Shown: piece by piece, positions 9,524 to 17,827 of the stretch
Position numbering within the stretch: the stretch's first letter is position 1
How the letters are laid out: each line of letters starts with the position of its first letter
Origin: Caldisericaceae bacterium
Lineage (GTDB): Bacteria; Caldisericota; Caldisericia; Caldisericales; Caldisericaceae
Direction of reading: 5' to 3'
Assembly: GCA_049967855.1 (NCBI GenBank)
Contig: JBMFRX010000010.1
Coordinates: 1 to 54,778 of the forward strand
Length of the DNA: 54,778 nucleotides
Position numbers and translations under genes: made by a program
Notes under the pieces: generated by a model
Told to the model about the DNA's origin: nothing
Seen by the model: only the letters and a program-made list of their open reading frames with translations
Database searches by the model: none

Positions 9524-11260
9524 GTGAGAAGTCTGTTAAAGTTGTACAAAAACCTTAAACCGTTCATATTGTTAATCCTGGGGGCATTTGCGCTCCAGTA
9601 CTTACAGGTAACGGCCAATCTTGAACTACCGACGCTAATGGCAAATATCGTAAACAATGGGATTATGGCAGGTGATATTTCATACATCTGGAAACAGGGT
9701 TTGATGATGCTGCTCATTGCTGGTGGTGGAATTATCGCTGCTATGCTTGCGAGCCTTCTTGCTTCTCGCACAGCAATGGGGCTTGGGAGAGATATCCGAA
9801 GCAAGTTTTTCAAACAGGTAGAGAATTTCTCTCTGCACGAGTTCAATCAATTCGGCGCTTCTACTTTGCTAACGAGGACGACAAATGACGTGGTTCAGAT
9901 TCAACAAACCACTTTTCTTATGATTGCAATGCTTGCAAATGCTGTGTTTACAAGTGTTGAGGCAACGATACTTGCCTACAACTCTAGCCCTCAGCTGACA
10001 AAAATACTGTACGTTGCACTTCCTGTTATCTTCATATTTATCGCAATTATAGTTAGGCCAATAACGTCACTTTTCAGCCTTGTGCAAAAACAAATTGATA
10101 AAATCAACAAGGTAATGAGAGAAAACGTTATGGGTGTGCGAGTAATTAGAGCCTTTAACAGGATCGACCACGAGAAAAAGCGTTTTGCGGAAGCAAACTC
10201 CGATGTTACAAACACATACATCAAGGTCAACCGAATTATTGCTGGGCTTATGCCACTGATGATGATTGTTTTGAATATTGTTAACGTGGCAATTCTCTGG
10301 TATGGCAGCAAGGGCATTGAGGCAGGAAACACAAATCTAGGTTCAATGATTGCCTTTATGCAGTATTCTATGATGATACTTTTCTCTCTTGTTATGCTCA
10401 CGATGCTCTTCATAATGGTGCCAAGAGGCGCAGCTGCAGCTGACAGGGTTGTACAGGTGCTGGAAACAAAACCTGAAATCAAGGATAAAACAGAAACGGC
10501 ACACGAAGTTGGAGAAAATGGCCACATTGAGTTTTGCTGCGTAAGTTTCAGTTACAGCGGCGCAGAAGAGCCAGTGCTAAAAGATGTTTCTTTCGAAGCA
10601 AAGCCAGGCGAAACCACAGCGGTAATTGGGAGTACAGGCTGTGGCAAGTCGACTTTGATTCAGCTCATACCACGATTCTATGATGTCGCAGATGGAAAGG
10701 TTGCCATTGATGGCATTGATGTGCGCGATTATTCCCAAAGCGATTTGAGAAAGAAAATTGGTTACGTTCCCCAAAAAGCCATTCTCTTTACGGGAACGGT
10801 TGCTGACAATATACGATACGGTAAAGAAGATGCAACAGATGAGGAAGTAAAACACGCAGCGGAAGTCGCACAGGCTGCAGAGTTCATTGATACAATGCCC
10901 GAAGGTTACAATACAATGCTTTCTGAGGGTGGCCTTAACCTTTCTGGTGGTCAGAAACAAAGGCTTGCTATTGCACGTGCAATTGTGAGAAAGCCTGAGA
11001 TTTACATTTTTGACGACAGTTTCTCTGCACTTGATTTCAAGACAGAAGCAAAACTCAGGGCAGCCCTGAAACAGGAGACAAAAGACTCAACAGTAATTAT
11101 AGTTGGACAGAGAGTTGCAAGCATAATGAGTTCGGATAGGATAGTTGTTCTTGAAAAAGGACGCGTTGCCGGTGTTGGAACGCACAAAGAACTTATGGAA
11201 ACCTGCGAAGTTTACCGTGAGATTGTCTACTCACAACTCTCGAAGGAGGAATTAGCATGA
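9524..11260 (+). CDS. heterodimeric ABC exporter subunit 1 (TM287-like, degenerate NBD)
   Basis: GGAGG RBS with GTG start. TM domain, Walker A GSTGCGKS, LSGGQ, degenerate Walker B IFDDS, Q in place of the switch H. Confidence 0.93.
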   Translation: MRSLLKLYKNLKPFILLILGAFALQYLQVTANLELPTLMANIVNNGIMAGDISYIWKQGLMMLLIAGGGIIAAMLASLLASRTAMGLGRDIRSKFFKQVENFSLHEFNQFGASTLLTRTTNDVVQIQQTTFLMIAMLANAVFTSVEATILAYNSSPQLTKILYVALPVIFIFIAIIVRPITSLFSLVQKQIDKINKVMRENVMGVRVIRAFNRIDHEKKRFAEANSDVTNTYIKVNRIIAGLMPLMMIVLNIVNVAILWYGSKGIEAGNTNLGSMIAFMQYSMMILFSLVMLTMLFIMVPRGAAAADRVVQVLETKPEIKDKTETAHEVGENGHIEFCCVSFSYSGAEEPVLKDVSFEAKPGETTAVIGSTGCGKSTLIQLIPRFYDVADGKVAIDGIDVRDYSQSDLRKKIGYVPQKAILFTGTVADNIRYGKEDATDEEVKHAAEVAQAAEFIDTMPEGYNTMLSEGGLNLSGGQKQRLAIARAIVRKPEIYIFDDSFSALDFKTEAKLRAALKQETKDSTVIIVGQRVASIMSSDRIVVLEKGRVAGVGTHKELMETCEVYREIVYSQLSKEELA

Positions 11261-13563
11261 GCGACGATAAGAATGTTCAGCAAAGGCCTATTATGCGCGG
11301 AGGCCCTATGGGCGGTGGCCAGGCTGGGCTAAGAGGCGCAGTAGAAAAGCCGAAAGATTTTTGGGGCACGTTGAAGCGGCTTGTAAAATATCTGAAACCT
11401 CAAACTCTAAAATTAAGCATTGTTATGATACTTGCTATTGGAAGCACAGCTTTTGCTGTGTATGCACCAAAAATCAGTGGAAACGCAGTCAACGAAATAA
11501 CAAACGGATTTGTTGCTAAAAGCCTTGTAAGCGGTATCTCAAAAATGCAGCAGCAGTACATTCCAAAAGTGCAAGATATGTTACAGAAAATGCAAGCTGC
11601 AGAGGATGCAGCAGCCGCACAGGCTAGTGAACAAGTTATAAAGCAATTAGGAAACACTCCTGCCGCTCAAGAGGCAGCTGTCAAAGCTGCTGAAGCAGCA
11701 AGAGCAGCCGTCCAAAAAAGCTTCCTTGAGTCAGCCAAACTGACGGCAGATCAACTTTCCGCTATGAAGCAAATCGTTGCACTTCCTGTTGTAAACACTA
11801 TTACGGACTACAACAAAAGAGCAGACACGATTCAGCAACTTCTCAATCTGAGCAAAAACCTTCCATTAACTAATACAACAACTGGTGGTCAGACGCAGCA
11901 GTTCAATGTTTCGCAAACGGATCTTGACAAAGGTATCGACATAATACGCCAGAATGGTGGTTCAATTCCTTTTGATGCACTTGGCAAAATTCTTCTATTC
12001 TTGCTTATGCTTTACTTACTCAGCGCTTTTCTCACGTTCCTCGTACAATACATTATGTCCGATGTTGCCCAGAAGACAACCTATCTGATGCGTAAAGAGC
12101 TATACGAAAAATTGACAGTCCTTCCTCTCCGTTATTATGACTCTCATACAACTGGAGAAATAATGAGCAGAATGACGAACGATCTTGACACTGTCTCTAC
12201 CACGTTACAACAGAGTATCACTCAACTTATTATCTCCGCAACACAAATAATCGGTTATATCTATATGATGCTTACGATAAGCGGAAAACTTACTCTCATT
12301 ACGCTTGCCACCCTTCCTCTTTACGTTGCCGTGATGACTCTGATAATAAAAGTCTCTCAAAGATACTTTCTTGCTCAGCAGACAGAACTTGGAAGGCTGA
12401 GCAGCCATGCAGAGGAAATGTATACAGGCCATAATGTTGTGAAGGCATTTGGACATGAGAAGGATGCTATTGATACTTTTGAGGGAGTTAACAAAAGCCT
12501 ATTTAATGCAAACTGGAGGGCTCAATTCATTTCTGGTATAATGATGCCACTTACAAACTTTGTAAGCAACATTGGATATGTCCTGATTGCTGTTGCTGGC
12601 GGTATCTATGTGACAAAGAATCTCCTGAACCTCGGAGATATCGTTGCTTTCATTCAATATTCCAGGAACTTCTCTCAGCCCATTGTGCAGATTGCAAATA
12701 TTTCCAATGTTTTGCAATCAACTATGGCTTGTGCTGAAAGAGTCTTCGGTGTTCTAGATGAGCAGGCAGAGACTCCTGACCCTGCTGATGCAATTCAAAT
12801 CGTTAATCCGAGAGGCCAAATTAAGTTTGACCATGTTGCCTTTAGCTACAGCGAAGACAAACCGCTGTTCAGAGATATGAACCTCAACGTAAATCAGGGT
12901 GACACAATTGCGATTGTTGGGCCTACAGGTGCAGGCAAGACAACTCTTGTGAATCTCTTGATGCGTTTCTACGACGTACAAAAGGGTTCAATAACATTTG
13001 ATGAAAACGACATCAGGAAATTTAAGCGCGGTGACCTCCGTACAAAATTCGGTATGGTCCTTCAGGACACCTGGCTTTTCAACGGAACCATTCGCGAGAA
13101 TATCGCATACGGACGCGAAGATGCAACTGAGGAAGAAATTGTTGCAGCAGCAAAAGCTGCACAGGCTGACCACTTCATTAGAAGTCTTCCCGATGGCTAT
13201 AACACAGTAATTAACGAAGAGGGAACAAATATATCAGCTGGCGAAAAGCAGCTCTTAACAATTGCAAGAGCGTTCCTTGCAAACCCCACGGTGCTGATAC
13301 TTGACGAAGCCACAAGTAGTGTTGATACGAGAACAGAAGTATTGATTCAAAAAGCTATGAGCACGCTAATGCAAGGCAGGACTAATTTTGTAATTGCCCA
13401 CAGGCTTTCCACGATAAGGGATGCGCGTAATATTCTTGTTATGAACCATGGAGCGGTTATTGAGCAGGGTAATCACAAGGAACTTCTTGCTAAGAAAGGC
13501 TTCTACGCTGACCTTTACAACAGCCAATTCCTAGGTGCTGAAGTTTACGAGGCAACCGACTAG
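11257..13563 (+). CDS. heterodimeric ABC exporter subunit 2 (TM288-like) with large extracytoplasmic insertion
   Basis: Walker A GPTGAGKT, signature ISAGEKQ, ILDEATS, IAHRL. ATGA overlap with partner. Confidence 0.93.
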   Translation: MSDDKNVQQRPIMRGGPMGGGQAGLRGAVEKPKDFWGTLKRLVKYLKPQTLKLSIVMILAIGSTAFAVYAPKISGNAVNEITNGFVAKSLVSGISKMQQQYIPKVQDMLQKMQAAEDAAAAQASEQVIKQLGNTPAAQEAAVKAAEAARAAVQKSFLESAKLTADQLSAMKQIVALPVVNTITDYNKRADTIQQLLNLSKNLPLTNTTTGGQTQQFNVSQTDLDKGIDIIRQNGGSIPFDALGKILLFLLMLYLLSAFLTFLVQYIMSDVAQKTTYLMRKELYEKLTVLPLRYYDSHTTGEIMSRMTNDLDTVSTTLQQSITQLIISATQIIGYIYMMLTISGKLTLITLATLPLYVAVMTLIIKVSQRYFLAQQTELGRLSSHAEEMYTGHNVVKAFGHEKDAIDTFEGVNKSLFNANWRAQFISGIMMPLTNFVSNIGYVLIAVAGGIYVTKNLLNLGDIVAFIQYSRNFSQPIVQIANISNVLQSTMACAERVFGVLDEQAETPDPADAIQIVNPRGQIKFDHVAFSYSEDKPLFRDMNLNVNQGDTIAIVGPTGAGKTTLVNLLMRFYDVQKGSITFDENDIRKFKRGDLRTKFGMVLQDTWLFNGTIRENIAYGREDATEEEIVAAAKAAQADHFIRSLPDGYNTVINEEGTNISAGEKQLLTIARAFLANPTVLILDEATSSVDTRTEVLIQKAMSTLMQGRTNFVIAHRLSTIRDARNILVMNHGAVIEQGNHKELLAKKGFYADLYNSQFLGAEVYEATD

Positions 13564-13583
13564 ACTTGGCAAATTCAATGTAC

Positions 13584-13608
13584 ATTGCCCCTTTAAAAAA
13601 GGGGCAAT
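13584..13608 (+). terminator. intrinsic terminator-like hairpin
   Basis: ATTGCCCCTTT-aaa-AAAGGGGCAAT inverted repeat after the ABC exporter. Confidence 0.7.
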
Positions 13609-13745
13609 AATTTTAAGTGATACCAGAGTTTAGAACGTAAACTGCATGCGTTGATTCAATTGAGATTTTAAATGGTGGTCGTGATGCATACAAAGTTCAA
13701 AACAAAATGGTATAATACTTAAAACAGGAATGTAGGAGGAAGAAA

Positions 13746-14072
13746 ATGGGAAAGATTATCCTGAGCGAAAGAGCAGTTGCCAAAATAGCTGCACTCTCTG
13801 CTATGGAATCATACGGTGTTGTTGGTTTTGTCCCTGCAAGCTTCGGTAAGAAGGTTCTTTCAGTTTTAACAGGGGAAGACATCCTGCAGGGAGTTGCTGT
13901 AAAGATAAACGGAAAGAAAGTAGTGGTGCACCTATATGTTATTGTCCAGGCAGGAATAAAAGTCTCAGAGGTTGCGAAAACCATCATAAGTCAGGTGTCA
14001 TATTCATTTAAGAACCTGGTTGGCCTCGATGATGTTGAGGTTGATGTAGTCATAAAGGGCGTAAGGAGATAA
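13746..14072 (+). CDS. Asp23/Gls24 family protein (YloU-like)
   Basis: GKIILSERAVAKIA...ESYGVVG motif, directly upstream of the DAK2 gene. Confidence 0.88.
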   Translation: MGKIILSERAVAKIAALSAMESYGVVGFVPASFGKKVLSVLTGEDILQGVAVKINGKKVVVHLYVIVQAGIKVSEVAKTIISQVSYSFKNLVGLDDVEVDVVIKGVRR

Positions 14073-14078
14073 CTTTAA

Positions 14079-15692
14079 ATGAACTCTCTAAAATATTCTG
14101 ACCTTGAGCAATTTATAAGAGGTGCCTACAGCAACTTAGGCAAAAAACGCGATATCGTAAACAAGCTAAACGTTTTTCCAGTCCCAGATGGCGATACCGG
14201 CACAAATATGTTCCTTACAGTTAAGACTGCAGTTGAGCGCCTTGACCAGAAGAAACCAAAGAATATGAAGGAGCTCGGTAAGGTTGTTTGCGAAGGAGCC
14301 CTTATTGGAGGCAGAGGAAACTCTGGCGTTATATTGTCACAGATATTCAAAGGCTTTTTCGAGTCGCTTGATAATTATGACGAGATCGATGCAGCCAAAC
14401 TTGCGCAGGCAATGCTGAACGGTTCAAAGACTGCCTACCAGGCAGTAATCAAACCAGTCGAAGGGACAATGCTCACTGTGATGAGGTCTATGGCTGTGAA
14501 GGCGGCAACTCTGGCCGATACAGAAAAGGACATTTTGAAGTTTACAAAACTGATTATCGAAGAGGGAAAGCTTTCTCTTGCACACACCCCTGAACTTTTG
14601 CCAGTCCTTAAAGAAGCTGGCGTTATAGATGCAGGTGGCCAGGGACTGATTTTTCTTTTTGAAGGTGGACTTTCTGCTCTTGAAGGAGGCATTTTGGATA
14701 AAACTTTTGAAGAGGAAGTCGAATCTGTTTCTGAAGAGCTGAGAGGAGAAACTCTTGAATACAGATATGATACCGTGCTTCTTACTGATTCTCCGAAGAT
14801 TGATGTAGACAAGCTAAAGGATGAACTTGGGAAATTTGGCGATAGCACTGTTGTTGCAAGAGCAAATGACCTTGTAAAAATACACATTCACTCAAACGAG
14901 CCTTACAAAGTCCTTGAATACGTAATGACATTCGGGCCAGTAAAAGAAGCACGCATTGAGGATATGCAAATTCAGGAGGAGGCTTTTGTTGCCGCGTCAA
15001 AGGAGTCACAGCAAAAAGTGGAGAGCCACCTTCCTTTTTCCATTGTGTCAATAGTTCAGGGCGATGGCTTCAAGAAAATATTACAAAGCCTTGGAGTCGA
15101 CCAGGTTGTTGAGGGTGGGCAAACTATGAACCCTTCCATCAATGACATACTCAAGGCAATAGAAAGCTGCACCAAGAACGATGTTGTAGTCTTGCCAAAT
15201 AATTCAAACATCATACTTGCCGCTCAGGAAGCATCAAAGCTTTCAAAGAAAAACGTTGCTGTAATTCGTACTGACAATGTAGTGCAAGCTATCCCTGTAA
15301 TTCTTTCATTCAACGGAGTTGAGTCATTTGACGATAATGTTGCGCATTCGAAAGAAGTTTTGATTAATCTTCACACTGTTGAAGTAACCTACTCAGTGAG
15401 AAGTACCAAAATCAACGGGCTGAAGATTGCAAACGGCGATATTATAGGGCTTTTTGATGGTGAAATTGTAGCAAAAAATAAAAACGCCGAGCAAATCGTA
15501 GTTGATGTTTTCGAAAAAGAAAAAGACAAACTAAAAGATGCGGAATTTATAGGGATTTACTACGGAGAAGATGTGAAAGAGAGCGACGCTCAAAAGCTAT
15601 CTGAGCTGTTGAATGAGGCTTTCCCCGACCTTGAAATAGATGTAGCAAGAGGGGGCCAGCCTTACTACTATTACCTGATATCTATAGAGTAA
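14079..15692 (+). CDS. fakA: DAK2 domain fatty acid kinase subunit A (YloV/FakA)
   Basis: LNVFPVPDGDTGTNM, GNSGVILSQ, DAGGQG, GGQTMNPS, GGQPYYYY. Confidence 0.93.
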   Translation: MNSLKYSDLEQFIRGAYSNLGKKRDIVNKLNVFPVPDGDTGTNMFLTVKTAVERLDQKKPKNMKELGKVVCEGALIGGRGNSGVILSQIFKGFFESLDNYDEIDAAKLAQAMLNGSKTAYQAVIKPVEGTMLTVMRSMAVKAATLADTEKDILKFTKLIIEEGKLSLAHTPELLPVLKEAGVIDAGGQGLIFLFEGGLSALEGGILDKTFEEEVESVSEELRGETLEYRYDTVLLTDSPKIDVDKLKDELGKFGDSTVVARANDLVKIHIHSNEPYKVLEYVMTFGPVKEARIEDMQIQEEAFVAASKESQQKVESHLPFSIVSIVQGDGFKKILQSLGVDQVVEGGQTMNPSINDILKAIESCTKNDVVVLPNNSNIILAAQEASKLSKKNVAVIRTDNVVQAIPVILSFNGVESFDDNVAHSKEVLINLHTVEVTYSVRSTKINGLKIANGDIIGLFDGEIVAKNKNAEQIVVDVFEKEKDKLKDAEFIGIYYGEDVKESDAQKLSELLNEAFPDLEIDVARGGQPYYYYLISIE

Positions 15693-15704
15693 ATGAGGTG
15701 AAAA

Positions 15705-16496
15705 ATGGAAGAATTGAAAGCTTTTATACAATCGCATTTGCACCATAATCCAGAGTTTGCAATAGTTGTTGGTTCTGGGCTTGGTTCAATACTGGGAGAA
15801 GTGGATGTAAAGGAAGCAGTAAAATACAAGGATATTCCTAAATTCCCGCTTTCAACCGTTATGGGACATAAGGGAGAAATGGTATTTGGCACTCTTGCAG
15901 GCAAAAGTGTTGTGATATTTAATGGTCGGGTTCACTACTACGAAGGATACAGTATGAAAGATGTCACGATGAATATGCAAGTTGCCGGAATGCTTGGCGT
16001 TAAGGGAGTGATACTTTCGAACGCTTCAGGAGCGGTAAATTCAATGCTGAACCCCGGAAGCATTATGATAATTAAGGACCACATAAACCTGATTTTTTCA
16101 GATAATCCTCTCAGGGGAGAAAAGGGAAACGAGAAATTTGTAAATATGACCGATGCTTATGATGAAGAGTATAGGGAAACTTTGAAGAAAGTTGCCTTAG
16201 AAAACAATGTGCAGGTCTTTGAAGGGGTTTATTGCGCAGTTCCAGGACCAAACTTTGAAACAATAGCTGAACTTAATTTTATGTCACGCATTGGGGCGGA
16301 TGCCGTTGGGATGTCCACCGTTCCTGAAGTAATAATGGCAAGATACCTTGGAATGAAAGTTCTAGCTCTGTCTTGCGTTACAGACAACGTTTTTATGGAA
16401 GGAATGGTTTCTCACAATCAGGTGCTCGATGTGGCTGACAGGTGTGGCAGAGTTCTTGCTGACCTTGTTGCCAAATTCATTGGGGCAGTAAAATGA
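15705..16496 (+). CDS. punA: purine-nucleoside phosphorylase (trimeric family)
   Basis: GSGLG, GRVHYYEG, GPNFET, GMSTVPE. Confidence 0.93.
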   Translation: MEELKAFIQSHLHHNPEFAIVVGSGLGSILGEVDVKEAVKYKDIPKFPLSTVMGHKGEMVFGTLAGKSVVIFNGRVHYYEGYSMKDVTMNMQVAGMLGVKGVILSNASGAVNSMLNPGSIMIIKDHINLIFSDNPLRGEKGNEKFVNMTDAYDEEYRETLKKVALENNVQVFEGVYCAVPGPNFETIAELNFMSRIGADAVGMSTVPEVIMARYLGMKVLALSCVTDNVFMEGMVSHNQVLDVADRCGRVLADLVAKFIGAVK

Positions 16497-17827
16497 ACAT
16501 TCTGGATATCATAGAGAAAAAGAAACATGCCGTGGCTCTTACTAAAGACGAGATAAATTACTTTATTGCTGAGTATTCAAAAGGAACAATACCTGACTAT
16601 CAAATGTCGGCACTTCTAATGGCAATCTGGTTCAATGGGATGAACGACCAGGAGACATCACATTTAACTATGGCAATGGTCGCCAGCGGAAAAACAATCG
16701 ACCTTTCGAGAATTCATGGAATCAAGGTTGACAAACACAGCTCTGGAGGAGTAGCAGACACCGTTTCGCTGCCGCTTGTAGCGCTCGTTGCTGCAAACGG
16801 AGTTCCAGTTGCAAAAATGTCTGGAAGGGGACTTGGGCATACTGGAGGTACAATAGATAAGCTTGAGGCAATTCCTGGATTCAAGGTCGAAATACCTGAG
16901 GAACGTTTCATAGAAATTGTAAACAGCGTTGGTGGAGCAATCATCTCGCAGAGCGATGAACTTGTTCTTGCTGACAAGAAACTTTACGCCTTGCGTGACG
17001 TGACGGCAACGGTTGACAGTATACCCCTAATTGCCTCAAGCATAATGAGCAAGAAGATTGCATCTGGAAGTGACGCAATAGTTCTTGATGTCAAGGTTGG
17101 CAATGGCGCTTTTATGGAAAATCTTCATGAGGCAAAAAAATTGGCAGCGCTTATGGTGAGAATTGGAACAAGCGTAGGCAGAGAAACTGTTGCCTACATA
17201 ACAGATATGAACCAGCCACTTGGAGACGCCATAGGGAATTCCCTGGAAGTTGAAGAAGCTATTGACGTACTTAAGGGTGTTGGCAGCAAGCGCCTGGTTG
17301 AAGTGATTAAAATACTTGGGGCAGAAATATTGAAACTCGGGCAACGAGTTTCCACACTCGAAGATGGGAAAGCCCTCATAGCCGAAAGTATTGCAAACCA
17401 ATCAGGGTTGAATAAGTTTAGAGAAATCATTGAGGCACAGGGTGGAGATAGCTCGGTATTAGATGACAGAATGAAACTCCCCCAGGCTTCTTTTAGGCTG
17501 CCAATTGTTGCAAGGGCGGGAGGATTTGTTTCCTGGTTTGATACGAAAGGAATTGGTCGTCTTGCAACTTTCCTTGGGGCTGGACGTGAAACCAAAGCCG
17601 ACAAAATTGACCTGTCGGTGGGATTAACAGTAAACAAAAAAATTGGAGACTCAATTTTGCAAGGTGAAACTATCGGGATGATTTATGCAAACGACAAAGC
17701 AAAAGGGGAAGAAGCTCTCAAGCAATTTGAGAGTCTGTATAAGGTATCGAGCAATGCAGTTCGACCACTTCCACTTGTCTACGCAAGAGTTAGTAAGGAC
17801 GGAATAGAAGACCTGTCGAGTAAATGA
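16493..17827 (+). CDS. pdp: pyrimidine-nucleoside phosphorylase
   Basis: DKHSSGGV, SGRGLGHTGGTIDKLE, ASSIMSKK, DVKVGNGAFM. Confidence 0.95.
   Translation: MNILDIIEKKKHAVALTKDEINYFIAEYSKGTIPDYQMSALLMAIWFNGMNDQETSHLTMAMVASGKTIDLSRIHGIKVDKHSSGGVADTVSLPLVALVAANGVPVAKMSGRGLGHTGGTIDKLEAIPGFKVEIPEERFIEIVNSVGGAIISQSDELVLADKKLYALRDVTATVDSIPLIASSIMSKKIASGSDAIVLDVKVGNGAFMENLHEAKKLAALMVRIGTSVGRETVAYITDMNQPLGDAIGNSLEVEEAIDVLKGVGSKRLVEVIKILGAEILKLGQRVSTLEDGKALIAESIANQSGLNKFREIIEAQGGDSSVLDDRMKLPQASFRLPIVARAGGFVSWFDTKGIGRLATFLGAGRETKADKIDLSVGLTVNKKIGDSILQGETIGMIYANDKAKGEEALKQFESLYKVSSNAVRPLPLVYARVSKDGIEDLSSK

Noticed and set aside
9318..9527. 69-aa ORF upstream of the ABC exporter
   Set aside because: Overlaps predicted promoter elements, has no RBS and no protein-like features.
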